DNA of 63,944 nucleotides, filler included, from Conidiobolus incongruus B7586 (lineage: Eukaryota), in NCBI GenBank assembly GCA_000697335.1. It is 17 parts of 17 records of this genome, joined end to end, with 100 filler letters (N's around TTAATTAATTAA, not from the genome) between each part and the next. Parts side by side here need not be neighbours in the genome. Positions count along the whole stretch, not along the records: positions 15,944 to 17,606 come from JNEM01003778.1; positions 17,707 to 24,666 come from JNEM01003779.1; positions 24,767 to 27,422 come from JNEM01003780.1; positions 27,523 to 31,217 come from JNEM01003781.1; 13 more parts are not named here. One strand, written 5' to 3'. The notes under the pieces were generated by a model that worked only from the letters and a program-made list of their open reading frames with translations, did no database searches and was not told where the DNA came from. How positions within the stretch are numbered: the stretch's first letter is position 1; the number at the start of each line of letters is the position of its first letter. Below are positions 17,410-31,217 of the stretch, piece after piece. The translations under genes were made by a program, and so were the position numbers.

Positions 17410-17606
17410 TGTTAACTTTAAATCTTATAAATAAAAAAGGTTAGAAAAACAAAAAATAGATATATTAGATATTAAATTTTTTATTAATATTAAACTCATA
17501 AATTTATAACTTATTTTACATATATATTTAATTTTAATATATCAAATAATAATTAAACCAGTTTAACTTTGTATATTATATTATAAATAAAAAATAAAAA
17601 CTCATT
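17410..17606 (+). mobile_element. Tc1-like 3' end, opposite orientation
   Basis: Reverse complement of 15944-16075 and 17745-17910. It ends in AACTCATT, resembling the terminal repeat ACTCACTTT at 17361. Confidence 0.65.
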
Positions 17607-17744
17607 NNNNNNNNNNNNNNNNNNNNNNNNNNNNNNNNNNNNNNNNNNNNTTAATTAATTAANNNNNNNNNNNNNNNNNNNNNNNNNNNNNNNNNNNNNN
17701 NNNNNNATTTAAATAAATTTATATTAAACTATATAATTAATATA

Positions 17745-19189
17745 TATTTTTTATTTATAATATAATATATAAAGTTAAATTTAATTAAATATTAATTGAT
17801 ATATTAAAACTAAAAGTATATTTAAGATGAGTTATAAATTTATGGGTTTTAGTATTGATAGAAAAATTAATATCTAATATATCCATTTTTTGTTTTTCTA
17901 ATTTCTTTAAATTTATGTGATATAAAGTCAACTAACTTCTTATATTAGGTAAAACTAATATTATTTTAAAGCTTCTTGAATATACTCTTAAAGTTAATTT
18001 AAATTTTTTGCTAGGGGGAAAACTTTAATTCATTTTTTAATTGATCTTAAAAATATTCAATTAAGATTAAAAGATTAAGGAGGATATTTTATAATAATTA
18101 TTTTGTTATTTTTAAGTCTTTTAATAATAAAATTTAGAGTATAACAAAGGGTATTATTTTATTGGAAAATAATATTTGATTTATTTAACTTATATCACTC
18201 AATAGTTTTTTTCAATTTATTATTTAAAATACTTTAATATATCTCAGTATTAATTCCCTTATCAACTCTACAAAAATACCCTATACCTAAAGATAATATA
18301 TATTCTTAAATTATAATTATCCTATTATTATATTTTTAGGTTATAATAACATAATGGTTATAAAGTAATTCTTTATTTTTTCTGAAATATCTAGCTTTTC
18401 TATTAAATCTATTAAGATATATCTTTGTTTTATCAAACTAAATAACTTTACTTTAGTTAATTTTAATTTAACTTTAGTATAGGCATTTATACTCTTACCT
18501 AACCCTATAATAAAATTTCTATAATTAGGGGTGTTTTTTCTTAAGATATAAATGATATCTATTCTAATATAAAGAATATATATTAGTATTAATACTAACT
18601 AATATTTCTGTATAGTCTTATAATTTTTGTTATATTTTTATAATAATATTATATTTACCTATATTAACTAATCTACAAATATACTTTTTATCATGTTAAT
18701 CTATAATTTTAACATGCTTAAATTTTAGTTTAGGTGTTTTTTTAACATTATTCTTAATAACCCTAATTATAATAAATTAATTAACACTATAATTCTGATA
18801 ATCTCATGAGTTGATTTATTTTTATTATGAAGTTAATTAATATATAAGTAAACTTCTTTAGAGAAAGATTTAAATATTATAATATTAATTTTAAAATATT
18901 AACTTAATAGTTTTATAATATATATAATATAACAAAAAAAAGAATATATATAAGTTTTGTTATTTATACCCTTTTAATATATAAACCTATAAATTTATAA
19001 CCCATCTTGGTTAAATTTTAGGCTTTAATATATTAACTAATAGTTAATGAAATATAATCCAATATAGTTATAATCAACTAATATAGGTAAATTATATATT
19101 TTAATTTAAATTTATTTAATTAAGAATTATTTAAAATATAGGTAAATATATAAGTAATTTTAATTTTATAACTTACTTTTGCAAGCTTG
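17745..19189 (-). mobile_element. Tc1-like DNA transposon, second near-complete hypermutated copy (transposase relic 18877-17867)
   Basis: Colinear with 15944-17378 over ~1.4 kb. Similarity stops at ...GCAAGCTTG|TA. The start ATG is mutated to ATA. Confidence 0.88.
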
Positions 19190-22100
19190 TATATATAAAA
19201 ATTGCTTACACTTTATGCACTAACTATTTTACTAAAAATATTTTTGATTTTATTAAGTAAAAAATATAAAAAAATTAAAGTTAAATATTCAAGATTTAAT
19301 TACTAATAATATATATATTGATTATAAGTTATATTTATTTTTGATAAAAAATATATTAAAAAAAGAAAATAATAAGTAATTAAAGAATCAAGTTTTATAA
19401 TTATTAATTAATTTTTTAATGTTAATAAATCTATTTAATTTATTTAAATATATATTTTAAATTTATAAATAAAATCAAAAATTATTAAAACAATATTATT
19501 AATTAGGTTTTAAATAATACCTTTGTAAATATATTAATAAACCTATAGTAAAATAATTATTATCATTTTAACCGTTTTTGCTAAATATAATACTATAATT
19601 ATTTTAAATTATTTTAACAAAGTATTATATATATATATATATTATGGTTAATAATATTTTACTTAAATATATAATTTATTTTTCTTATTTTCTAACTTAT
19701 AATTAAATTAAATATTAAGTAATACTATATAATTTTAATAGTTTTTATTTATTATAAATTTTCTAATAAAAAGTACAAAAGATAATATATTAGTAAGTAT
19801 GACAAACCTAAAGATTCTGATTTATATGCTTTTTTCATTTTACTCTTTCAATACTCAACACTTAATATCTAAAGAAAATTATTTATTTTTTTAAAACTAA
19901 TTTATTTTATTAATTTATAGTGAATAATATTTAATTATTCTTAAAAAGTTTCAAATATTATATAAAATTAGTTGAATAAATTATTTAATAGAGTAATAAT
20001 AGTTGAAATTTTGACTTAGATGATAAGTATCATTAAAACTCGATATATTGGATTCTGGTTTTATTTATAAAAACCCAGCTAAAATATAATTTTTTTATTA
20101 ATTTGATATTTTCTTATTTTATCTAATTCTACTCTTTAAAAAAATTTAATGCTTACATAACTAAAATATACCACATATAATAAATAATAATCTTTAGAAA
20201 TCATTTCTATTAATTCTAATACTATATTTATTAAGTTCAATGGTCCTTATAATTAGTTAGAAACATTCATGTTTTAAAAGACATTTCACTTAACAAATGA
20301 TATTATTTATATAATTTAAGTACCAATATTTGATTTATAATTAAAACTCTGAAATTATTAGAATTTAATATGGTAAACATTTCAGTATTTATTTATAGTA
20401 AATATAATATAATATTAATATTTTAGCTTATACCTTATTACATAGAATAATTTATATTATGTGATAATCAATTTAAATGAGAGTTTAAATTCATTATTGC
20501 TGCTTCATTTAATGAGGTTGAATAGATTCTATAATAAATTATCTCAAGCATTAGTCTCTTTTATTAAATGTCGCTTATTATATTATTTTGATTAAAATTT
20601 TTATCACTAAAATTACCTGTGATTAATTATATTTGAGCTAGTTTAAATAATCATAATATATAATTTAATATGGTTTATAATTCCAATTTCTTAAATAATG
20701 AGGAAATAAACAAATTATAATCAATTGATTAGAACTAAATGGTATATTAATATTGAGAATATTAAGTAATTGATATTTAGAAAGTAGATAATGTAATAAA
20801 TGCTTATCTAATGATTATCTCAATATCATCAATTTAAAGACAGAAATACCATAAAAAGAAATATTGAAATATTGAAATATTGACTTTAAATATTTTATCC
20901 TACCTGAATAATTTTAACCAAGATTCATTATTTATTCTTAATATTCAAATGATATATAACAATCATCCTTAGGATTTTATATTTTAATTATAAGATATAT
21001 GCCAATATTATAATAAGTAGTTGTTTTATAAAAATATGCATTATTATATTTTGACTTAGTTATATGTCTTTTTAAATTTGGAAATTTATAACTTAAAGAA
21101 GATATTAAAATATAAATATATCAGAACTAATGAGATAAAAATATAATCGGATTTAGTATAATAAAATTCAGGAATATTTTAGTGTTGACTTTTATGATTT
21201 AATCAACCAAATGTTATTCTAACATTTTAAACTTTATAATATCTGATAAAGATAAGAGTTCAAAGTTATTAAAATATACTTTAATTTCTTTAACTAAATA
21301 TTCTTATTAGTTTCTAAGGTAGATTCAATAAGCTTTCTATTATACTATTATAAGTTTTTTATATTAATTTTCAAACTATCTAGTTACAAACAATTTAGCA
21401 TGTATTTGTTTTATATTCAAATAACCCAGCATGATTAAGTCTTATTTTATACATACATTTTTCATTTATTCTTGGTCACTAGGAAATATTTTAATATAAA
21501 ACGATTGATTCACTTCATATCAAGTAGTGAATATTTTCTAGAATTTAATTAAATTTTTAAAAATAATCAGGGTAATAATCTTTTTACTACATATTTATGA
21601 TTCACAATATAACTATTTATTCATCAAATTTGAAATTTGTTTAAATAATCAATTTAAACTCATTTTCTATTTTCATTTTGGACCTATTAATTGTTAGCAA
21701 GAATCTGAGCTATTTTATTATTATCACATTGGATGATTGAAATACCACTTAAATTCTATCCAACGTTTTGAGTATATTCTTAGTTAAACATTAAACATTA
21801 TAAGGATGTGATTTATGCATAAACCCAATAATTGAATCATCTATTGTGTTTTATTATCTATTATGAAAATAATATTATATAGAATTATGTGTAATCAAAA
21901 TTAACTTACAGTATTCAATTTAAATTACCTGAAAGTGTTCCTTAACCACGTTAATAAATCTGATCATCTTACCTGTTATAATTTATAAAATACTTTTAAT
22001 ATTTCAATCGTATTTTGATAGAAAATAATATACTATAAATCTTCCTTTTAATCCACTATATAATTTCATTAAATTTTAAAGTGTTATTTATTTATGATAA

Positions 22101-22810
22101 TGAATTAGAAATTACTACACTTTTCTTCTTTATAATCAATATTTATATAATTTTTTGTAATAATATGTATGAATTATATATTATTAAGTCAACGAATATT
22201 ATAAAAAATTTATATTTATAATTTAGCAGCAATATCCTTAATCAAGCTTTAATAAAAATACTTGCATTTAAACTTGGAACTCAATTTATTTAACAAAATA
22301 CTATTAATATCCTCATCATATTTAATTTACTTAATTTCATAATAAAAATGGGTGAATAAACTGGCTCAAGTTTAATCAATATAATAAAATGATATTTATT
22401 TTTTAATTACGTTTTAAATTTTTATAGTAAATTTAATATTTTACAAATTATAAAGAATTAAATTAAACTTGAAAAAAGTTTTTTTCTTTGAACTTAATAA
22501 TAAAATTATTAATATAGAGTATATTCTATTAATAGAAAAAAATATATTATATTTCTTTAAATTTTTGTTTCTTTTTAAGAAATTTAATTTTTATTTGTTA
22601 AAAATCAAATAATTTTATATTTAAATTTATATTCTAAAAATGGAAAATTAATAAAAATATGGTGTGACTATTTTTTTTATTTGAAACAAAATCCCTTGCA
22701 GATTCAAAAGTGTCATAGTTCTTCAATATATAAAAGGAATTAATATAACATAATAAAATTTATATTGAGTTTAAGTAAAAGAAAAAAATATAAGATTTTA
22801 ATTTAATACC

Positions 22811-24163
22811 ATGAATTATTATAATATTATTAACCTTCATAGAATATTTTGGGGATTGTATGGATTAATTGAATCAATATTATTATATTTGTTATATGGT
22901 CCAACTATACCATCTTGGAATTTTTTTTACCATATATTCTTTGGAGTGATTAGATCTTATTCTTTTAACATGTCTACTGAGGATTTGATGTTATCAAGGC
23001 TAAAATTTAAATTATTATCTTCTCCTTTGATAGGAGCAAGATCTAAAAAATTCGCTATTTCACCTAAATATCGAAGTATTGCAAGGGATATAGTTTATAA
23101 ACATTTTTCAGAAACTTATGGAGGAGAGTTTTGGTATGGCGAAGATATGGATTGGGCTAAGAGTGGTAATCTAAATGCCGAATGGGTGATACCAAACCAT
23201 ATGAGCTTAAATAACTCGAATCCTGTTATATTATACTTACATGGGGGTGGATATGTAATCGGTTCATTTAGCAATATGAGACCCGTTGCTACGAAAATTG
23301 CTATAGCTTCAAATTGCATAGCACTAGGTCTGGACTACCGATTAGCTCCTGAATACATGGTACCATGCATGATTGAAGATGTCTTGGCTAGTTATTTGTT
23401 TTTGATAAGTAAGGATGCAGATGGTTTTGGACTAAATCCTAATCAAGTTATCGTTGGAGGTGAGAGTGCAGGTGCAGGGTTAGCTACTATTGTGAGTCAC
23501 TTTATAAGAAATAGTTTACTACCTCAACCTGCTGGACTTGTTTTAATATCACCTTTTTTGGATTTAACTCACAGTCAACCTAGTGTGCTGAATAATATGT
23601 ATTTTGATTATCTACCCCCAATGCCTAAAGCTCGCCGTGGAAAACCATATGATATTAATTATCATGATGTCTTATGGAAAAAAAGCTTCTATTTATCTAA
23701 TATTGAAATTAGGAATAGTTTTTTAAAGAGGGGACACCCACTTTGCCCCTATAAATTTATCAACTCTCCATTTGTTAGTCCAATATGTGATACTAACTTC
23801 AAAGATCTTCCACCCGTTTTGATAGAATGTGGCGATGTTGAAATGTTCCGAGATGAAGGTGTTGTATATGGACATTTAATTAAAGAATCCTATAAACCAG
23901 AAGAGTTACCAGGGAAAGTTATTTTAAATGTTTATGAAGATATGCCTCACGCATTTCAGCATTTACTGATATTTCATCCTCAAACATATCGATCACTTGA
24001 AAATATATCCAACTTTGTGATAGATATATTACACTGTAGTGATCCAAGAACTAAAAATTTTGAATCTGAATTTAAGTATGTTAAGGCTAATGGAGATTGT
24101 GTCAAATACAATCGTGATATTAAATATGATCTTGTTCCAACATGGGGTAAAGTTATCTATTAG
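22811..24163 (+). CDS. Alpha/beta hydrolase, hormone-sensitive-lipase (abhydrolase_3) family esterase/lipase
   Basis: 450 aa, intronless. Motifs: ILYLHGGGY oxyanion loop, DYRLAPE, GESAG nucleophile elbow, ISPFLDL, LPPVLI, EMFRDE and DMPHAF catalytic His. Confidence 0.93.
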   Translation: MNYYNIINLHRIFWGLYGLIESILLYLLYGPTIPSWNFFYHIFFGVIRSYSFNMSTEDLMLSRLKFKLLSSPLIGARSKKFAISPKYRSIARDIVYKHFSETYGGEFWYGEDMDWAKSGNLNAEWVIPNHMSLNNSNPVILYLHGGGYVIGSFSNMRPVATKIAIASNCIALGLDYRLAPEYMVPCMIEDVLASYLFLISKDADGFGLNPNQVIVGGESAGAGLATIVSHFIRNSLLPQPAGLVLISPFLDLTHSQPSVLNNMYFDYLPPMPKARRGKPYDINYHDVLWKKSFYLSNIEIRNSFLKRGHPLCPYKFINSPFVSPICDTNFKDLPPVLIECGDVEMFRDEGVVYGHLIKESYKPEELPGKVILNVYEDMPHAFQHLLIFHPQTYRSLENISNFVIDILHCSDPRTKNFESEFKYVKANGDCVKYNRDIKYDLVPTWGKVIY

Positions 24164-27100
24164 ATATTAAATTTTTAAACTTCAAAAAAAAATTGAATAA
24201 ATATTATATTATTATAAATTTTTAATTTTAAAAATTATATTAATAAATAATTTTCAAAAATTATTGAAAATATATTTTATTGTATATAATAATAAGAATT
24301 AGATAACTATCAAATAAAAAACATTATTTTATAATTCCCTTAATCAATTATTCATGATTTTCAATTTAATTATTTCCCCCCCCCACTTATTATATTTTTT
24401 AGATTCTTATAATAAATATTATTATTTAATCCAAATAAAGATAGATCAAGTTAATTAGTATAAAAATTATTATTGAAATGAATTAGAATAAATAATATTT
24501 AATTTAATTTAATATTATTTATAATATCAATATAAACTGTATAATATTTAATAAATTGATTGATATTAAAAATAATAAAAATTTTGATTTTTATAATTTA
24601 AAATATAATATTAATTAATTAATATTCATATTGAATTAAATTATTATTTATAAAATTAAAATTTTTNNNNNNNNNNNNNNNNNNNNNNNNNNNNNNNNNN
24701 NNNNNNNNNNTTAATTAATTAANNNNNNNNNNNNNNNNNNNNNNNNNNNNNNNNNNNNNNNNNNNNTGATATTTTTTTTAATGAATTTTATAATAAGTGA
24801 GAAAATCTATAAAACTAAATTATAAAATTTATAATAATGGTATAGTTTAAATATTAAGAGAGTAAATTATAGAAATATTATTACAGAATTTAAATTTTAA
24901 TAATAACCAATTTTAATTTATTGCAAAATAAGTTATCAAATATTTATATATAAATTGAAATTTTCTCTTTATGAAATTTTGTTCAATTTTAAAATATTTG
25001 GAATTATTAATTGAATATATATTTTAATAATATTTCTATACCAATTGGAAACATTTCAATTAATTATGGTTAATTTGATTTATTATTAAAATTATGGAAT
25101 TTATTAATTTCATTATATAAATATACATAAGTATATAAAGGATAGAGTATAAAGATTATTAAATTTATATAGTATAAATTCAAACATCAAAATATCAAAT
25201 AATCATAATGTTATTATTAATTATAATGAAATGATTTTTTATTTGTAACAATAACTTTATTCATTAAATAAGTAAACTTTGATTTTGTTATTAATTAAGA
25301 TAAATATGGTTGATATCAATTGGTGTCAATGTTATCATATTTATTCTTTTAATAATTATAGTTTCTATTATTTGTCAAATTAATTTAAAAAACTAATATA
25401 AAATAGTAGCGATTAAATATAGATATTATAAGATTTATAATTCCTTTACACGTTAAGGTTACGTTTCGAGTTTGATATCTATAATGGTATTATATTATAC
25501 AAATTTTTTTTTCAATTTTCAAAATTAAAAATGTAATATTATGCAGATATCAATATATCTATATATTTAAAAATTTATAAAAAAAATAATGTGTTTATTA
25601 ACTAATATTCATTGTATGAATAATTATAATATCAACCTAAAAAAAAACTAAATGATAAATATAATTTTATTCTTTTGTTAAAAATAAAATCAAAATATTT
25701 CAATAAATTTAACAGATTAAAACAGAAAATTGATGGGATTAGTGAAAATGATATTGAAAAAATAATTTAATTTATATTTTGCTTTTAAAAAACATAATTA
25801 TATATTACAATTAAAATTTTGTAAATAATTGATTCTTATTTGTTTTATTATTAATATTTTATTCTTGAAATTACATTTAAAATATATTATTATGTATATT
25901 TATCAGTTATTAATTTTTATAAAATAAATTGATTTAATTTTAATTGATTGAGATATATTATAATTAAATAATTGATCAAAATAATTATATCATTTTAAAT
26001 AAAAATTTTTTATCATTCAATGGTAATTAAAAATATGTTTATAATTTAAAATCCTCTTAACTAATAATATTGAATATTTAATAATTTTATATTAATTTTA
26101 ATAATATCTAATATGTAATAAATTAATTAGTCTGTTTAAACCTTAAACTAATCTTATATCAAAAGTATTTAGAATAAAGTTGAAATTAAAATATATTAAT
26201 CAATTGGAGTCATTTGATAAGTTTTAGTTTGATAATAGGTATATGAAAGGTTTTTTTTGAAATAATTGAAATAGAAAAAAAATATTGGATTAAAATATTT
26301 ATATATATATATATTAGGTTAAAATTATATTGATTTATTCTACCTCATTATAAATTGAACCGATTTAATATTATATTTTTTTTCAAGTTATTCATAGTTA
26401 ATTAATTTTAAAAAAATATATTTTTTAATTTTTTCTATTATGATGAATAATTATGATTTATCAACTATATAGGAAAAAATTTTATTTTATTAATAATATT
26501 TATTAATTTAATTAAATGAAATGCATTTGATAATTAATAATTTATAGTAATAAACAAATTTTCAATATTCTTAAATAAATAAATAACAATATAAATATCA
26601 AATAAATGATTTTTTAAACTTGTTTTTATCAAAAAAAATCAGATATAGAATTATGATTTATATATTCATATTATATAGTAATTATAATAAAAATGTTTTA
26701 TATAAATCAAGTGAATAATAAGAAGAGTTAATATTCAAAATTAATGAAAGTATCATTAATTTATCATTTTATGAATCATTTTTCTCAATATTGAAATTAC
26801 TTTGTCAATTGAATATATAAATTTATATTATAATTGATAATCACTAAATTGTTATCAATTTAATAATATTTTTGAATTGAAAATATAAAATTTTAAAAAA
26901 ATATAAATAATAAAATTTTATCAAATAAAAATAGTATTTAATTATTAATACTAGTAAACATCATTAATTGAATTTAATTTAAAGTAGTATTATATTAACT
27001 GATATTTCATAGTTAAATTTTAATATCTATATAAAATATAATATATTAAATTGCATTTGTTTGTTAAAAATAATCGCGAATATTTATTCATATTAAATTA

Positions 27101-27639
27101 TTAGCCAATTTAAATAAAATTCGAATTCAAGATTAAAATTAAAACTGAATTTACATATTAGTTCAATTGATAACAACAAAATCTATTATTTTACTATTGT
27201 TCATTATACTCAAGTAAATATAATTTCCATTTGTCTGATTATTTAATATATCTGTTAAAACAATGTTATATTATGATATAATAAATTTTTTAACAAAATA
27301 TTTTAATAACTATAAATTAAAAATATATAAATTAACTAATCAGAAACTAGACCGGAATTGAATACAATGATATAATAATGATGATAAGCACAAAACATTA
27401 TTTTAATCAATTATATAATATTNNNNNNNNNNNNNNNNNNNNNNNNNNNNNNNNNNNNNNNNNNNNTTAATTAATTAANNNNNNNNNNNNNNNNNNNNNN
27501 NNNNNNNNNNNNNNNNNNNNNNATTTTGTTAAATTATAAATATAAAGTTTATATTTTTAATAATTAATCTAAATTTAAATAAATATATATATATAATTAT
27601 CAAGATTATTAAGCAAATTATTATTATTTATATAAGTTC

Positions 27640-30600
27640 AATAGTAAATAATTACTGATGTAATATATAGGAAAACTAAATATAAAGGTAGTGTGGCATA
27701 AAATATAGTAATATAATGTAGAATATAGTGTGAAAGTGTAAATAAAGTTTAATTAAGCTTTAAACTAAAATAAGTCATTAATATATTAAGATCTATATTA
27801 GATAGTGTTAATATGCTATAATATTGATAGAATGTAGTTTTAATCTTAGAAATAATGTAAAGAATAAAAAATAGTAAGAATTAAAAAAAAGAGAAAAATC
27901 TTGTTTATTAAATAATTCAATGATATTTATATAATTAATTTAGCTATAAAAGTATAAATTAATCATATAATTTATAGTTAATTGAATTATATAAATATAT
28001 ATATATAAATTTAAAAAACTAGTCTTTTAATACTCCCTTAATAAATTTCTTAAAAAAGACACTCTTTAAATTTTTACTAATAAGTATAATAACCTAAAAT
28101 ATTTTAATATTTTTTAAGGGTTCTTATATAACTTTTTCAATAAGATAACTTATCTATTTTATATAAAAGTAAAGCTTATTCCTGATAGATTTAAATTTAA
28201 TTATGTAATTAATATAATATTTTTCTTGTCTATCTTAATTAATAATTAGATTTAATTTTAAAACTTTCAATTCATTAAAAAAAGTATTAAAATCTTTAAA
28301 ATAAGGTTTGATTTAAAATATATAAAAGGTAAAGTTAATCTTTAATATTAGAGGTAATTCTAAAGTAATATTTTCAAAATTTAAATCAATAAATTAAATT
28401 TTATAGGGATTATAGTATAAAAGTAAGTATTTTAAGTTTAAACTAAATTTAAATAAGGTAAGCTTAAGGGTAAATTGTTCTAAGTATATAAATATATTAA
28501 TTTTATATTTAAGAGGATTTCTAAATAACTTCAAGTATTATTATTCTATAATCCTTTAATTTTCTCCTAAGTTAAATTTAACAAGGGAATTAATATATTT
28601 AATATTAAATTAAAATTCAATAATATTTAAAGGTAAGTTGATTTAAAGTTTTAAAATAATTATTAAGTTGGGATGTTTTTTATAATTGATAAAATAAGGG
28701 TTAAAACTAGTTGATTTATTAATAAAGGTATTAAATAAATATTGAAGTTAATAGATAAAAATATCTTAATTTAACTAATTAATATTAATATAAGCTTTAA
28801 TTATTTGTTTTAAGGTTTTAATAGTTTTTTCAATTAGTTTATTAATTTAATAATAATTAGTAATAAATATAGTTAGATTAATCTTAAAAGAAAAAGATAA
28901 TAACTTTTAAAATTAAAAGTTAAGTCATATATCTTTATTAAATATAATAGTTTATGGAACTTTATAATAAGTAAAGATATTAAAAAATAACTATTATATA
29001 ACATTTTTAATTATAAAAGTTTTGAAATAAAGAATAAAATAAGCATATTTAAAGAATGAATCAATTATAATTAGTAAGTTATTATAACCATTTATTAATT
29101 TAAGAATTTTTATAAAATTAAGCTGGATTTATCATTAAGTTTCATTTAAAACTTATAAAAGAATAAGTTTACCATGTTTTAATTAGGTATTATACTTAAT
29201 TCTTTAGTATATATCACAGGTATTAGTGTATTTCTGAATTAATTTAATTAAAAAAGGTTAGTAATATTTTATTTTAATTCTTTCAGCAGTTTTTAACTAA
29301 TTTTAATATCTTCTAACTAATAAGTTATAGTATTTATTAAATATTACTTGTTAGATTTTAAGAATATTAGGGATATATAAACAATTATTATAATATAATA
29401 AGTTATCAATAATTTTAAATCTTCTAATGTATTTTAATTAGTTTTTTAATAGTTTAAAGAGTTCTTCTTTAACTAAAATAAAGAAATTATTATTTAGTAG
29501 TATTTCTTAATGTAGTTTAATAAATTCTTTATTTTTTTTATTAATAATCATTAAATTAATATTTGCTAGGTTTTTATAATTAAAATAAAAGGGTAAGTAT
29601 ATAAAATTCTTTAATAAAGTATTTATAACATGATTTTATTAATCTAAAAGATATTAGATAAAGAAAAAATAGGCTTAGATAATTTTAATTTATTTAACTT
29701 ATCTTCTTAATAAATGTTTTTAAGTATTTAAATAGATAAATGATTTATAATTTATAAAAGCTAGGAAAAAGTTATAAGATAAGAAGTGTAAATGATTTTT
29801 AATTATTTTTACCAAGGTAAAAAGTTTTTATTTATAAACTAGATATTTTAATTTAACTAGTTTTATTTTTCTTAAACAAAATGTTATTGGTTTTAAAATA
29901 ATATTTGGAAGGTTAAACTCAACTTATTCTCCTTTATTTATTATTTTATTTTATAGTTAAAAGGTAAAATATAAATTAAATTTAAATTAGGTTAATTATC
30001 TATTAATTGTAAAAAAATTAAAGTTAATAAAAATAATAGTAGGTAGTTTTAATTTAAAAATAGATAAGGTAAAAAGAATAGTAATATAAAAAATTAAAGT
30101 ATTTATATAAAAAATATATAGTAAAGTTTATTCAAAAAGAGAATCTTTTCTCAAGAGATTAATTAAAAAAGATATATATTCAACAAAACAATCAATAAAA
30201 TCTTTAAAATAATTTAACAATTTAAATATAAACATAAGTTAATCATTGTTTATAAATATAATAAAAGCTTTAACACTATTTAGTTTAGTAAAATTAATGT
30301 TAATTCCTTAGGAAAAAATAATATAACCATAGAAAAGAACAAAAATAACACTAAAGATATATTTTAATAGTTTTAAAGGTAGTTTATGTTTTTAAATAAT
30401 TTGTAAAACTTAATTAATATGCTAAATATATTCTTTTTTAATTTTTAAATAAATCAGAATATTATTAAGATAAATAATAATAAAGTTATTAAAGACAAGA
30501 TTAAAAAAGAAAATAATAAATTAAGTGAAAGTTATAAGGGCATTATACAATTTAAAGTTTATAACAATAAATTTATAATAACTTAAAAAAATGTTGAAAA

Positions 30601-31217
30601 TAATTAAAAAAATAGAATTTTCTTTAACTTTAATATTATAATAATTATTCTTAATATCTAGCTTAGTGAAAATAATTGATTTAAGTAATTTATCTTTAAT
30701 ATCATATAAGTTTAATAATAAAGTTTTATCTTTGATAGTTTTAGAGTTTAAAATATAATTATTAATATATAGTCTTTAATCATCATTAACCTTTTGTATT
30801 TAAAAAGATTAAAAATCTTTATAGTAAAAAAAAGATTTAATATGTTTATTATTAAATCATTTTTAAATTTCTTCTTTTAAAGTTTAGTATTGTTCAAGAG
30901 ATAAATGATAAGTAAACTTTAAATATAATTGTATATTAAAGAGAAGTTTAATTTTATATTTAATAATATGTTTAAAAAGTAATTTATTCACAGGTTTAAA
31001 AACATTAGCAAATTAACTTATTATATTATATAAAAATAATTATTAGATATAATTTTATTAAAATCAATAGATAAAATACTAATAAATAAATAATAAATAA
31101 ATATATATCCTTATAAATTATTTAAGTTTTTAATTAGCTTTTTACATTAATTTTTACTTATAATAATAAAATTATTTACTACAATTATAAAGTTAGTATT
31201 AGGTAAAATATTTAATA
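27640..31217 (-). mobile_element. Ty3/Gypsy partial copy: RT to chromodomain plus 3' LTR
   Basis: Reverse complement of ~35790-39350. LTR at ~27640-28033, next to CTCCCTTA (polypurine tract). Retains KYTNTCDI of the integrase zinc finger and the GCC codon of RT 'NAP'. Confidence 0.88.

Noticed and set aside
23116..23319. Minus ORF inside the hydrolase gene
   Set aside because: Antisense shadow.
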